From the NCBI RefSeq assembly GCF_000328665.1, contig NC_019977.1, positions 1,852,011 through 1,916,010 on the forward strand: 64,000 nucleotides of DNA, in the 5' to 3' direction. Numbering within the stretch: the stretch's first letter is position 1; each line of letters starts with the position of its first letter. This DNA comes from Methanomethylovorans hollandica DSM 15978 (lineage in GTDB: Archaea; Halobacteriota; Methanosarcinia; Methanosarcinales; Methanosarcinaceae). Below are positions 30,308 through 39,851 of the stretch, piece by piece. The notes below the pieces were generated by a model. That model was not told the DNA's origin, did not search any database, and was given only the letters and a program-made list of their open reading frames with translations. The position numbers were made by a program, and so were the translations under genes.

Positions 30308-32686
30308 ATGAAGATTGCAATAGTTGCACCAAGTCCTGTACCTTTCACTATCGGAGGGGCTGAACTGCTGTTCAGTGGTATGCAGGATGCTATAAACAGT
30401 TATACTTCACATCAGTGTGAACTCATAAAACTGACAACTAAAGAAAATACCTTCTGGGATCTGATCGAATCATATTATAAATTCTATCAATTGGATCTGT
30501 CCCATTTTGATATGGTCATTTCCACCAAATATCCCTCATGGATGATCAGACATCACAACCATATCGTTTATATGCTCCATCCTTTAAGGGGATTGTACGA
30601 TACATATAAATTATGTACTGGCAATCTGGAGATGCCTGAGGAGTTCAAAAACGGACTTGTTAAAGAGATACTTGATATAACTGATGCCCGGATCAAAAAG
30701 AAAAAAGATGTAGATGACCTGTTCCAAAAACTTTTCCAGCTGCAAGCCGAACAGGAAAGATATGCAAAGGAGATATTCATATTTCCAGGACCATTTATAA
30801 GAAAGATCATACATTTCTTTGATCACTGGGCATTGTCATACGAAAATACCAGAAAATATCATGCCATTTCAGAGAATGTAAGAACTCGCGAGGACTACTT
30901 TCCTCCCTCTGCGCGGGTCAATGTCCTATATCCTCCTTCAAAGATAGAAGATTTCGAGTGCAGGGATTTTAAGTACCTTTTTACTGCGAGTAGACTGGAC
31001 AGCCCCAAGCGTATAGATATGCTTATTGAGGCTATGAAATTTGTCCCGCATAACGTCAGATTGAAGATCGCAGGTGAGGGACCTGAAAAGGACAGGCTCA
31101 TGGAACTGGCTCATGGAGACGAGAGGATAGAGTTCCTTGGGTTCGTTACAGAAAATGAGCTTGTCGATCTATATGCAGATGCACTTGCAATACTGTTCGT
31201 GCCCCGGGATGAAGACTATGGCTACATCACCATTGAAGGGATGATGAGTGCCAAACCTGTCATAACCACATCAGACAGTGGTGGGCCCCTGGAATTCATA
31301 TCAGATTCATATACAGGATTTATAGTGGCCCCTGATCCTGAACAGATCGCGGAAAAAATAAATTATCTAGTCGAAAACATAGGAGAAGCCAAAAAAATGG
31401 GACTTCTTGCACATAAAGAAGTAAAGAAGATCTCATGGAGCAACTTTGCAGCAAAACTCATCGGAAAAAGAGATGTTAAGTTGCGCCGGAAAAAGAAGAT
31501 CCTTGTATTAGCTACTTATTCCTGCTACCCCACGAGAGGAGGAGGGCAGCAGAGAATATATAATATTTACTCAAGACTTGCAAAGAAGTTCGATGTGACT
31601 ATTTGCTCTTTAGTTGAGAGTGATAAGGAATATGAGAGTTTTATCCTGAAGAACGGATTAAAACAAATCTGCATTCCTCAAGGTATCGAACATGCGAGAT
31701 GCCAGTGGGAAATTGAAGGTAAGACCGGTCTGAATCTATATGATGTTCTTATGATCGATCTTGTTGAAAGATCAACGGATTACATAGGAGAAGTAAAAAG
31801 ATTAGCTGATGAAGCTGACATAATTATGTTACCGCACCCCTACCTATATGTAGTGAAAGACTTCATCGACCTATCCGGAAAAAAGATAATATACGATTCA
31901 CAGAATGTAGAATACCTTCTTAAAAAAGACTATGTTGGTGCTGAATTAGCACAGAAGGTATTCGATGTCGAGAAAGAGACTGCTGAAAAAGCTGATCTCA
32001 TTTTTGCAACTTCTGATGAAGATAAGGAACAAATGGTGCAAGTGTATGGCATTGATGCGAATAAAGTACTTGTGGCTCCAAATGGAGTGGATACATCAAG
32101 GATCCAACTGATAAGCCTGGAAGAGAAGGAACGCTTGAAAAAAGAACTTGGTCTCTCAGGTTATCATACTATTTTATTTATTGCCAGCTGGCATCCTCCA
32201 AATCTGGAGGCTTTTAAATTCATTTTAGATGAAATAGTGGATAAGTTCAATGATTGTATTTTTTTGGTTGTCGGCAGTATAAAGCATTATTATGTCAATG
32301 AGTGCAGCAAATCTCCGAAGAATGTTCTGGCTTTTGGTGTTGTTGATGAAGATGAGAAATACGAGCTGTATAAATTAGCTGATCTTGCCATTAATCCCAT
32401 GTTCAGCGGATCGGGAACTAATTTAAAGATGCTGGATTATATGAGTGCAGGTATTCCCACCGTCAGCACTCCTACCGGTGCAAGAGGGCTGGAAATTGAA
32501 AATGGAAAACATGCCCTGATCTGTTCAGAACAACAGATGTATGAAAAAATGACGGAACTGATAAACACGGAATCATTACGAAACAGTTTGAGGCTGCATG
32601 CAAGGGATCATGTTGAATCCAGATATTCATGGGATATAATTGCAGAATCAATAATATTGAAATTAAAGGAGATCGTTTACACTTGA
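30308..32686 (+). CDS. Fused double GT4 glycosyltransferase
   Basis: Two GT-B modules: GGAE...SRLDSPKR...EDYGYITIEGM and GGGQQR...PNGVD...SGTNLKMLDYM. Confidence 0.88.
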   Translation: MKIAIVAPSPVPFTIGGAELLFSGMQDAINSYTSHQCELIKLTTKENTFWDLIESYYKFYQLDLSHFDMVISTKYPSWMIRHHNHIVYMLHPLRGLYDTYKLCTGNLEMPEEFKNGLVKEILDITDARIKKKKDVDDLFQKLFQLQAEQERYAKEIFIFPGPFIRKIIHFFDHWALSYENTRKYHAISENVRTREDYFPPSARVNVLYPPSKIEDFECRDFKYLFTASRLDSPKRIDMLIEAMKFVPHNVRLKIAGEGPEKDRLMELAHGDERIEFLGFVTENELVDLYADALAILFVPRDEDYGYITIEGMMSAKPVITTSDSGGPLEFISDSYTGFIVAPDPEQIAEKINYLVENIGEAKKMGLLAHKEVKKISWSNFAAKLIGKRDVKLRRKKKILVLATYSCYPTRGGGQQRIYNIYSRLAKKFDVTICSLVESDKEYESFILKNGLKQICIPQGIEHARCQWEIEGKTGLNLYDVLMIDLVERSTDYIGEVKRLADEADIIMLPHPYLYVVKDFIDLSGKKIIYDSQNVEYLLKKDYVGAELAQKVFDVEKETAEKADLIFATSDEDKEQMVQVYGIDANKVLVAPNGVDTSRIQLISLEEKERLKKELGLSGYHTILFIASWHPPNLEAFKFILDEIVDKFNDCIFLVVGSIKHYYVNECSKSPKNVLAFGVVDEDEKYELYKLADLAINPMFSGSGTNLKMLDYMSAGIPTVSTPTGARGLEIENGKHALICSEQQMYEKMTELINTESLRNSLRLHARDHVESRYSWDIIAESIILKLKEIVYT

Positions 32687-33861
32687 AAATTGCTTTTGTT
32701 ATCCAGCGTTATGGAGAAAATATTGTAGGGGGTGCCGAATACTTTACCAGGCTAGTAGCAGAGAGAATGGGACAATACCATGAGATAGAAATTCTTACTA
32801 CCTGTGCGGCAGAATATCATTTCTGGAAAAATGAATATCCTGAGGGGTCTGATATACTAAACGGGATTCGCATACATAGGTTCGCTAATGCGACAAAAAG
32901 GAATCCCAATAAGCATACTCAGATTCAGGAAACGGTCTTTTATGCAGATCATACAGTAAATGATGAGGAAGCCTGGGTTACCGAGCAAGGACCAAATTGT
33001 CCTGAGATGATAAAGTATATTTCACATAATAAAAACAAATATGATTGTTTTGTCTTCTTTACATTCCGATATTATCCAACATATTATGGAATAAAGGAAG
33101 TCACAAGCAAGTCACTAGTCGTTCCTTTTGCTGAAAACGACCCTGCTCTTGACCTTAGCACAACAAAGGAAATCTTTGAAAGAGCAAAGGGTATTGTGTA
33201 TTGTACACCCGAGGAAAAAACACTGGTCGAAAGAAAAGTCGGCATCACTAAAGGGAAAGTATCGGATATAGCAGGGTGCGGGATCGAGGTACCGAAAAGC
33301 ATACCTCGTACTGAAAATGAAGAACTGCAAGATAAGCAATATGTGCTATATATTGGCAGGATCGAGGGCTCTAAAGGCTGTTATCAGTTGTTCGAATACT
33401 ACATGAGATTGGTGAACGAATTTCCAGACCTTCCCAACCTGGTACTTGCGGGTCTGGATGCAATCGAAATACCAAAGCATGATAAAATAAAATACCTTGG
33501 TTTTATCTCTGAAGAAGAAAAGTATTCTCTACTGAGCGGGGCACAATTCCTGATCATGCCGTCACCTTACGAAAGCTTATCACTGGTCACCCTGGAAGCA
33601 ATGTGTTGTGGTACAGCAGTGCTGGCTAATGGTGAATGTGATGTTTTGAAAGGTCATTGCCTCAGAAGCAATGCAGGTCTTTGGTACCAAAACTACGATG
33701 AGTTCAGTGAATGCTTCAGATTTTTGTGCTCCAATGATCACCTGAGATCAAAAATGGGAGATAATGGAAAAACATATGTGAAAAAGAATTATTCATGGGA
33801 CGTAATTGAAAAGAAATATATGGAGTTGTTCAGCCTGTTCGACCATGGTCAAAAAAGCTGA
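32683..33861 (+). CDS. GT4 glycosyltransferase
   Basis: KIAFVIQRYG...GGAE, YIGRIEGSKG and ESLSLVTLEAM; TTG start overlapping the upstream TGA is assumed. Confidence 0.88.
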   Translation: MKIAFVIQRYGENIVGGAEYFTRLVAERMGQYHEIEILTTCAAEYHFWKNEYPEGSDILNGIRIHRFANATKRNPNKHTQIQETVFYADHTVNDEEAWVTEQGPNCPEMIKYISHNKNKYDCFVFFTFRYYPTYYGIKEVTSKSLVVPFAENDPALDLSTTKEIFERAKGIVYCTPEEKTLVERKVGITKGKVSDIAGCGIEVPKSIPRTENEELQDKQYVLYIGRIEGSKGCYQLFEYYMRLVNEFPDLPNLVLAGLDAIEIPKHDKIKYLGFISEEEKYSLLSGAQFLIMPSPYESLSLVTLEAMCCGTAVLANGECDVLKGHCLRSNAGLWYQNYDEFSECFRFLCSNDHLRSKMGDNGKTYVKKNYSWDVIEKKYMELFSLFDHGQKS

Positions 33862-33967
33862 TCCAGCGAGGATATAAAATCCCTTCTTAACTTCTACATC
33901 TGTGCAAAAGCACACTATGGTTTTCAAGTTTTTTAGGTTATGCAACTCCTTTTTTAAAAAAAGGAGA

Positions 33968-34750
33968 TCATGCCCAGGCACCTACAACCGGGGTCACGCC
34001 TGCCCATCCAAGACCGATCACATCGTATCCGGAATCTGTCTGGACAAGGAAATTGTCGCCTGCTGTGTTGTAGATACCAAGTTCAGTGGTGTTATCTCCA
34101 TTCCAGTCACCTACAACAGGCCTGGTGTTCACCCAGCCAAATACAGTGACAATAGCAGAGTTGGTACCCTGGTCCCAGAGAGCCCAGTTACCAGCGTTGT
34201 CGTAAACACCTACTTCTTCAGTACCATTACCATTCCAGTCGCCAACTACAGGTGTTACACCTGACCAGCCAAGACCGATCACTTGCGGTCCGAATGTACC
34301 CTGAATGACGAAATTGTTACCTGCTGTGTTGTATATACCAAGTTCAGTGATATTATCTCCGTCCCAGTCACCTACAACAGGCCTGGTATTTGCCCAGCCG
34401 AATCCAGCAATATCGACAGAATCAGCACTGTTGGTGGTTGTGTTCCACAGAGCCCACGTACCTGCATTGTCGTAAACACCGACTTCCTCTGCACCGTCAC
34501 CGTTCCAGTCACCTACAACGGGTGTTGCACCGGTCCAGCCAAGACCAAGGAGATCATAGCCTGCTTCGTTCGTCTCATTTCGGATCAGGAAATTGTTTCC
34601 AGCAGTGTTGTAGATACCTACTTCTCTAATGCCGTCTCCGTCCCAGTCACCGACAATTGGTTGAGTGTTTGCACAGCCGAATCCAACTTCCTCTGGATAG
34701 TCGAACGTTTCACTCCACAGAACCCAGGTACCCTCATTGTTGTAGACACC
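33968..34750 (-). repeat. Intragenic 3x tandem repeat with a 270-nt period
   Basis: GVY(N/D)N units start at 34750, 34480 and 34210. Confidence 0.85.
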
Positions 34751-36622
34751 TACGCTTTCATTGACGACTTCAGGCTGCAATCTTAAAATAACGAGACCGT
34801 TGTTATGATCGGCTACATATGCATCGTTGCCTGAAACCGCAACACCGTAGGAAGTTCCTGCAGTATTAAAATCACCCGCATGGGTCACTGAAGAAACATT
34901 TGATATATTCAGAACAGCAACTCCACGAGTATCATCAGCCACAAAGGAATAATCTCCCTGGACAGCAACTGTGATTGCAGAACCAGCAGTGTCATAGGTG
35001 CTTATGAGCTCTGGTGCAGAAACATCAGTAATATTAAAGATCAAAAGACCAGTGCTTCCATCGGCTACATAGGCATAATTACCTGCAACAGTAATGCCAT
35101 ATGCATGCCCAGGTGTATCATAGCTGCCTGCAATGGTAGGTGAGGCAGGAGTACTGACATCCACGATCACAAGACCATTGAGACCATCAGCCACATAGGC
35201 GTAATTATCTGAAACAGCAACATCCTCTGAACGACCGTTGGTGTTATATGTGCCTACACGGCGTATGCTGGTCTTGGAAGTTGCATCAAATATCACAAGA
35301 CCGGTTGCATTAGCTGCTACATAGGCATGATTGCCTGAAACCGCAACATCGTATGCATAGTCACCTATTTCTTCCCTGTCGCTGACAAGTGGTGAAAGAC
35401 CCGTTAGTGGCGAAAGAACTGAAGCATCAAATACTATTAAACCACCTTCAGCAGCAGCTAAATACACATAATTGTCTGATGTAGTCACACCTGAACAAAA
35501 AGAAGTTGTCGTAAACCTGCTTTGGATCTCCGGAGAAGAAGGATTTGCAACATCCACTGTTAGAAGCCCGCCATGACCATAGGCCACATAGGCTTTATCA
35601 TTCGAGAAAGTAACATCACGTGCATAACCTGAACCATCATAACTGCCTACATCACCTACAGATGCAGGATCACTGACATCCACAATGGTAAAACCGCTGT
35701 ATCCGGATGCTACATAAGCAATATCATCTGCCACTACGACATTATATGAATATCCAGTTATAGCATGTGTACTCTCAAGAGATGGGAACTGGGGCTCAGT
35801 GACATTCACAACTACAAGACCATTGAGACCATCGGCTATGAAACATAAATTGGCTGCAACAGCAATATTCTGTGTGTATCCTGCTGTGTCAAGTGTACTT
35901 GCAGAAGTAAGAGACGTAGGAGTACTGATATCCGCGATCGCAAGACCTGCAGCACCACATGCAATATAAGTATAGTTTCCTGCAACAGTGACATCTATTG
36001 CACCGGTAGTTGAGAGATTATCTGCGAATGTCGGGGAAGCAGGAGTACCTACATTGATCACAGTAAGGTTCGAGCCATCTGCCACATATGCATAGTCTCC
36101 TGATACATCGACACCCTGTGCATCTCCGGTTGTGTCATAGCGACCTGTGCGGGTCATAGATAATGAAGGGTTTGTGATATCTACAATGTAAAGTCCCTCG
36201 CTGGCACAGCTCAGGTAGGCATAAGTGTCTGAAACAGTAACACCCATTACGTTACCAGGATCACTGAATTTGCCAATCAGATTTGGAGAAGAAGGATCAG
36301 TAAGATCAAATATCAAAAACCCTCCAGTGTTGTCTGCCACATAGGCAGTGGTCCCTGATATTACAATATCTTTCACAAGACCATCGGTGGTTATGGCTGT
36401 TACTTTTGTCGGATTGGTATTATTAGTGATATCCATCACAACAATGTCCTGCCCCTGTCCAAGATATGCATAGTTGCCGGATATAGCATCCTCGGTAATC
36501 CCTCCGCCTAACTTACTTATGAAATCTATATTGATTTCATCTGCCCTACATACCCCTGAGATCAGTACCAGAAGTAATAAAAAAATTCCACATTTTATCT
36601 GTCTGTTTAACTTTGTTTGCAT
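33968..36622 (-). CDS. Secreted LVIVD-repeat protein with C-terminal DxDGDG (calcium-blade) repeats
   Basis: Signal peptide; about 14 VxVxGxYAYVAD...GLxIxD repeats; PVVGDWxGD repeats at the C-terminus. Confidence 0.88.
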   Translation of the reverse strand: MQTKLNRQIKCGIFLLLLVLISGVCRADEINIDFISKLGGGITEDAISGNYAYLGQGQDIVVMDITNNTNPTKVTAITTDGLVKDIVISGTTAYVADNTGGFLIFDLTDPSSPNLIGKFSDPGNVMGVTVSDTYAYLSCASEGLYIVDITNPSLSMTRTGRYDTTGDAQGVDVSGDYAYVADGSNLTVINVGTPASPTFADNLSTTGAIDVTVAGNYTYIACGAAGLAIADISTPTSLTSASTLDTAGYTQNIAVAANLCFIADGLNGLVVVNVTEPQFPSLESTHAITGYSYNVVVADDIAYVASGYSGFTIVDVSDPASVGDVGSYDGSGYARDVTFSNDKAYVAYGHGGLLTVDVANPSSPEIQSRFTTTSFCSGVTTSDNYVYLAAAEGGLIVFDASVLSPLTGLSPLVSDREEIGDYAYDVAVSGNHAYVAANATGLVIFDATSKTSIRRVGTYNTNGRSEDVAVSDNYAYVADGLNGLVIVDVSTPASPTIAGSYDTPGHAYGITVAGNYAYVADGSTGLLIFNITDVSAPELISTYDTAGSAITVAVQGDYSFVADDTRGVAVLNISNVSSVTHAGDFNTAGTSYGVAVSGNDAYVADHNNGLVILRLQPEVVNESVGVYNNEGTWVLWSETFDYPEEVGFGCANTQPIVGDWDGDGIREVGIYNTAGNNFLIRNETNEAGYDLLGLGWTGATPVVGDWNGDGAEEVGVYDNAGTWALWNTTTNSADSVDIAGFGWANTRPVVGDWDGDNITELGIYNTAGNNFVIQGTFGPQVIGLGWSGVTPVVGDWNGNGTEEVGVYDNAGNWALWDQGTNSAIVTVFGWVNTRPVVGDWNGDNTTELGIYNTAGDNFLVQTDSGYDVIGLGWAGVTPVVGAWA

Positions 36623-37143
36623 GTTATATCACCAGTCCTTAAATTGAAGGACTTAGAACTATTTTCTAAAAATATTCCATACAATATATTAAATCAATTA
36701 TATTTATTATTTTTGATAATCTCTTTTGGAAACAAACAGTTTGCATATGTTTAACAGATGCACAACAGCGTGTCACATGGATCAAGACCGATTATTCTAA
36801 AAAGATGAAGTCTAACAGAAACCCGGCCCTTATACAATTGGCATAAATACAATGCATCGGCCGAAAAAGCTGTACCTGTGATTTGCGGTGCTTGCTGGTG
36901 GATCTGAGCTCAAGGATCTTTAGTATCGCAATTCAATAGAACATCGGAACTGCTGGGTATCTGCAGCAGAGATCAGTCTAACAAGTCTCTATTTACACTC
37001 TACCTATATTGCTATATATTTTAAAATTACTTAGTCATTTAATGAAAGGAATGCACCGCAAACGCTGCTCAAATGGATAATTTTTTAACTCACCATTGCG
37101 TATGCTTCCAAACCAGTACATTCTAACAAGAAGAGGTAGGAAC

Positions 37144-37722
37144 ATGTCAGAGAAGAACCTAGTCGGTAACAAAATCCGTCAGTTGCGCGAAGCACGGGAA
37201 ATGTCAGTAGAAGAGCTGGCGCAAGCAAGTCACAGCAGTGTGGAACTTATACAGCAGCTTGAGAATGGTGCCCTTATACCCTCATTGACACCCCTGTTAC
37301 AAATAGCCCGTGCACTTGGAGTGCGCCTGGGCACTTTCCTTGATGATGCAACACAAAATACACCTGTTGTTGTAAAAGCCGGCAAGTCCGAACAAATTGT
37401 AAGGTTCTCAGGTAACTGTAAAACTCCAAAGGAAAGCCTACTGGAGTTTTCTTCCCTGGCATCTAACAAGGTAGACAGGCACATGGAACCATTCATTATA
37501 GATGTGCACCCCCTCGGATGTGCGGAGATCAATCTTTCAGCCCACGAAGGAGAGGAATTCATCTACGTGCTTAAAGGCCAGATAGAGGTCATGTACGGAA
37601 AGGAGCAGTATAATCTCAATGCTGGCGACAGCATCTATTATGATTCCGTGATACCGCATCATGTACATGCAGTAGGGAATCATGAGGCACAAATCCTTGC
37701 AGTGGTGTATACCCCCCTCTAA
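37144..37722 (+). CDS. XRE-family HTH plus cupin transcriptional regulator
   Basis: [10 protein letters not shown]...ELA...[23 protein letters not shown] and YYDSVIPH. Confidence 0.92.
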   Translation: MSEKNLVGNKIRQLREAREMSVEELAQASHSSVELIQQLENGALIPSLTPLLQIARALGVRLGTFLDDATQNTPVVVKAGKSEQIVRFSGNCKTPKESLLEFSSLASNKVDRHMEPFIIDVHPLGCAEINLSAHEGEEFIYVLKGQIEVMYGKEQYNLNAGDSIYYDSVIPHHVHAVGNHEAQILAVVYTPL

Positions 37723-37737
37723 AAGAAGGTAATCCAG

Positions 37738-38148
37738 ATGTTCACAACAACAGTCACCCCCAGGTTCGGAGATGCCGATGGGCTGAAACACATAAATAAC
37801 ATTGCTATTTCCGAATGGTTTGAAGAGGCCCGCAACCCGGTATTCCGTATCTTTACACCCGACCTAAACCTTAGTTATGAGAAATGGAAGCTTATACTTG
37901 CCAGGACAGAGTTCGATTACCTCGCCGAAATGTACTACGGAGAGGATGTGGAGATACGTACCTACGTTATAAGGATAGGTAATTCTTCTTTCACAATAGG
38001 GCAAGAAGCCCGGCAAAATGGAGGCCTGAAAGCAAAGGGCCAGGCTGTGACAGTTCATTATGATTTTCTGAACAAGCGATCTGTCCCGATACCAGATGAT
38101 ATAAGAAAAAAACTCCAGGAACATCTTATCACTGAAGACCAGAAGTGA
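37738..38148 (+). CDS. 4HBT/YbgC-like acyl-CoA thioesterase
   Basis: PRFGDADGLKHINN...WFEEAR and IGNSSF. Confidence 0.88.
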   Translation: MFTTTVTPRFGDADGLKHINNIAISEWFEEARNPVFRIFTPDLNLSYEKWKLILARTEFDYLAEMYYGEDVEIRTYVIRIGNSSFTIGQEARQNGGLKAKGQAVTVHYDFLNKRSVPIPDDIRKKLQEHLITEDQK

Positions 38149-38180
38149 ACAATCACATCAGAAGTTGAGAGGGATATGAG

Positions 38181-39833
38181 ATGCCATTTATTGAAGATAC
38201 CATAGGTACAGTTTTAGAGAAAGTGGTGGCTAATGATCCTGACAGGGAATTTATGGTATATCCAGACAGAGACCTGAGATTCACCTACAAGGAATTCGAT
38301 GAGCGTGTGAATACATTTGCTAAAGGATTGCTAGCTATAGGCATTGGAAAAGGCGATCATGTTGGAATATGGGCTAAAAATGTCCCTGACTGGCTGACCT
38401 TCATGTTCGCAGCTGCCAAGATCGGTGCTGTGCTCGTAACTGTTAACACAGCATACAAAAGCCACGAAGTGGAATATGTCATAAAGCAGTCAGACATGAA
38501 AGCTATAGCCATCATTGATGGATTCAGAGATGTGAACTATATCGATATCATGTACGAACTCGTACCTGAACTTAAAACACAGCAGCGTGGTAAACTGCAC
38601 AGTGATAGGTTCCCGTTCCTGAAGAGTGTTATATTCATAGGACAAGAGAAACACCGGGGCATGTATAATAGTGCTGAGATCCTGCTACTCGGAAAACATG
38701 GAGATGAAGATAGTTTTCAAAGGATAAAACAGTCACTTGACTGCAACGATGTAGTGAATATGCAATACACATCAGGTACAACAGGTTTTCCAAAGGGTGT
38801 CATGCTGACACACCGAAATATCCTGAACAATGGACTTTCCATCGGAGATCGGCAGAAGTTTACTTCTGATGACCGTGTATGCCTTCCGGTACCGCTGTTC
38901 CACTGCTTTGGGATCGTCTTGGGAGTAATGGCCGTCCTTACCCACGGTGCAACTCACGTGATGCTTGAACTTTATGATCCACTTATGGTACTGGCAGCTG
39001 TTCAGAAAGAAAAGTGTACTGCTTTGTATGGAGTTCCCACGATGTTCATCGCGGAATACACTCATCCTATGTTCAAGATGTTCGACCTTTCTTCCTTGCG
39101 CACGGGAATAATGGCTGGTTCAACCTGTCCAATTGACTCCATGAAAAAGGTAATAAATGAAATGAACTGCAAGGAAATAACTATTGTGTATGGCCTGACA
39201 GAATCCTCTCCCGGGATCACTCAGACTACAACCGATGATCCAATAGAACTGAGGGTATCTACCGTAGGGACAGTGTTCCCTCATGTGGAAGCCGCTGTGC
39301 TGGATCCGGAAACGCATGAGCCGCTCCCTCCAAACACCATAGGAGAGATATGCTGCCGCGGCTATAATGTGATGAAAGGCTACTACAAAATGACTGAAGA
39401 AACAAAGAAAGCTATCGATGAGAAAGGTTGGCTGCACAGTGGAGATCTGGGAACATGTGACGAGAATGGCTACTATCGTATCACAGGCCGTATAAAAGAC
39501 ATGATCATCCGTGGTGGCGAGAACATTTATCCAAGAGAGATAGAGGAATTTCTGTACACTGTGAATGGGGTAAAGGATGCACAGGTCGTGGGCATCCCTG
39601 ACAAGAAATACGGAGAGATAGCAGGTGCTTTCGTCATGCTGAACGACGGAATTCAGCTTGCGGAAGAGGACATCCAAGACTACGCCCGCACAAAGATAGC
39701 CAGATACAAAGTTCCAAAGCACATATTCTTTGTGAAGGAATATCCGCTTACAGCAAGCGGAAAGGTTCAAAAGTTCAAGTTAAGGGAACTTGCAATACAA
39801 TTACTGGAAAATAAAAAGAGAGAAGAGGCTTAA
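38181..39833 (+). CDS. AMP-binding acyl-CoA synthetase (ACSF2-like)
   Basis: [35 protein letters not shown] and TASGKVQK. Confidence 0.92.
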   Translation: MPFIEDTIGTVLEKVVANDPDREFMVYPDRDLRFTYKEFDERVNTFAKGLLAIGIGKGDHVGIWAKNVPDWLTFMFAAAKIGAVLVTVNTAYKSHEVEYVIKQSDMKAIAIIDGFRDVNYIDIMYELVPELKTQQRGKLHSDRFPFLKSVIFIGQEKHRGMYNSAEILLLGKHGDEDSFQRIKQSLDCNDVVNMQYTSGTTGFPKGVMLTHRNILNNGLSIGDRQKFTSDDRVCLPVPLFHCFGIVLGVMAVLTHGATHVMLELYDPLMVLAAVQKEKCTALYGVPTMFIAEYTHPMFKMFDLSSLRTGIMAGSTCPIDSMKKVINEMNCKEITIVYGLTESSPGITQTTTDDPIELRVSTVGTVFPHVEAAVLDPETHEPLPPNTIGEICCRGYNVMKGYYKMTEETKKAIDEKGWLHSGDLGTCDENGYYRITGRIKDMIIRGGENIYPREIEEFLYTVNGVKDAQVVGIPDKKYGEIAGAFVMLNDGIQLAEEDIQDYARTKIARYKVPKHIFFVKEYPLTASGKVQKFKLRELAIQLLENKKREEA

Positions 39834-39840
39834 GCCTCTT
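39823..39840. terminator. Perfect 18-bp palindrome at convergent gene ends, followed by a T-tract
   Basis: AAGAGGCTTAAGCCTCTT then TTTTGTATTTTT. Confidence 0.6.
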
Positions 39841-39851
39841 TTTTGTATTTT

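Noticed and set aside
33968..34750. Repeats as a DGR template/variable pair or a CRISPR array
   Set aside because: In-frame protein repeats differing at all bases with indels; no reverse transcriptase, cas genes or unique spacers
36720..37000. PAS-like fragments (CLTDAQQRVTW, LLVDLSSRI, FNRTSELLG)
   Set aside because: Too short and scattered across frames to support a pseudogene without an HMM search
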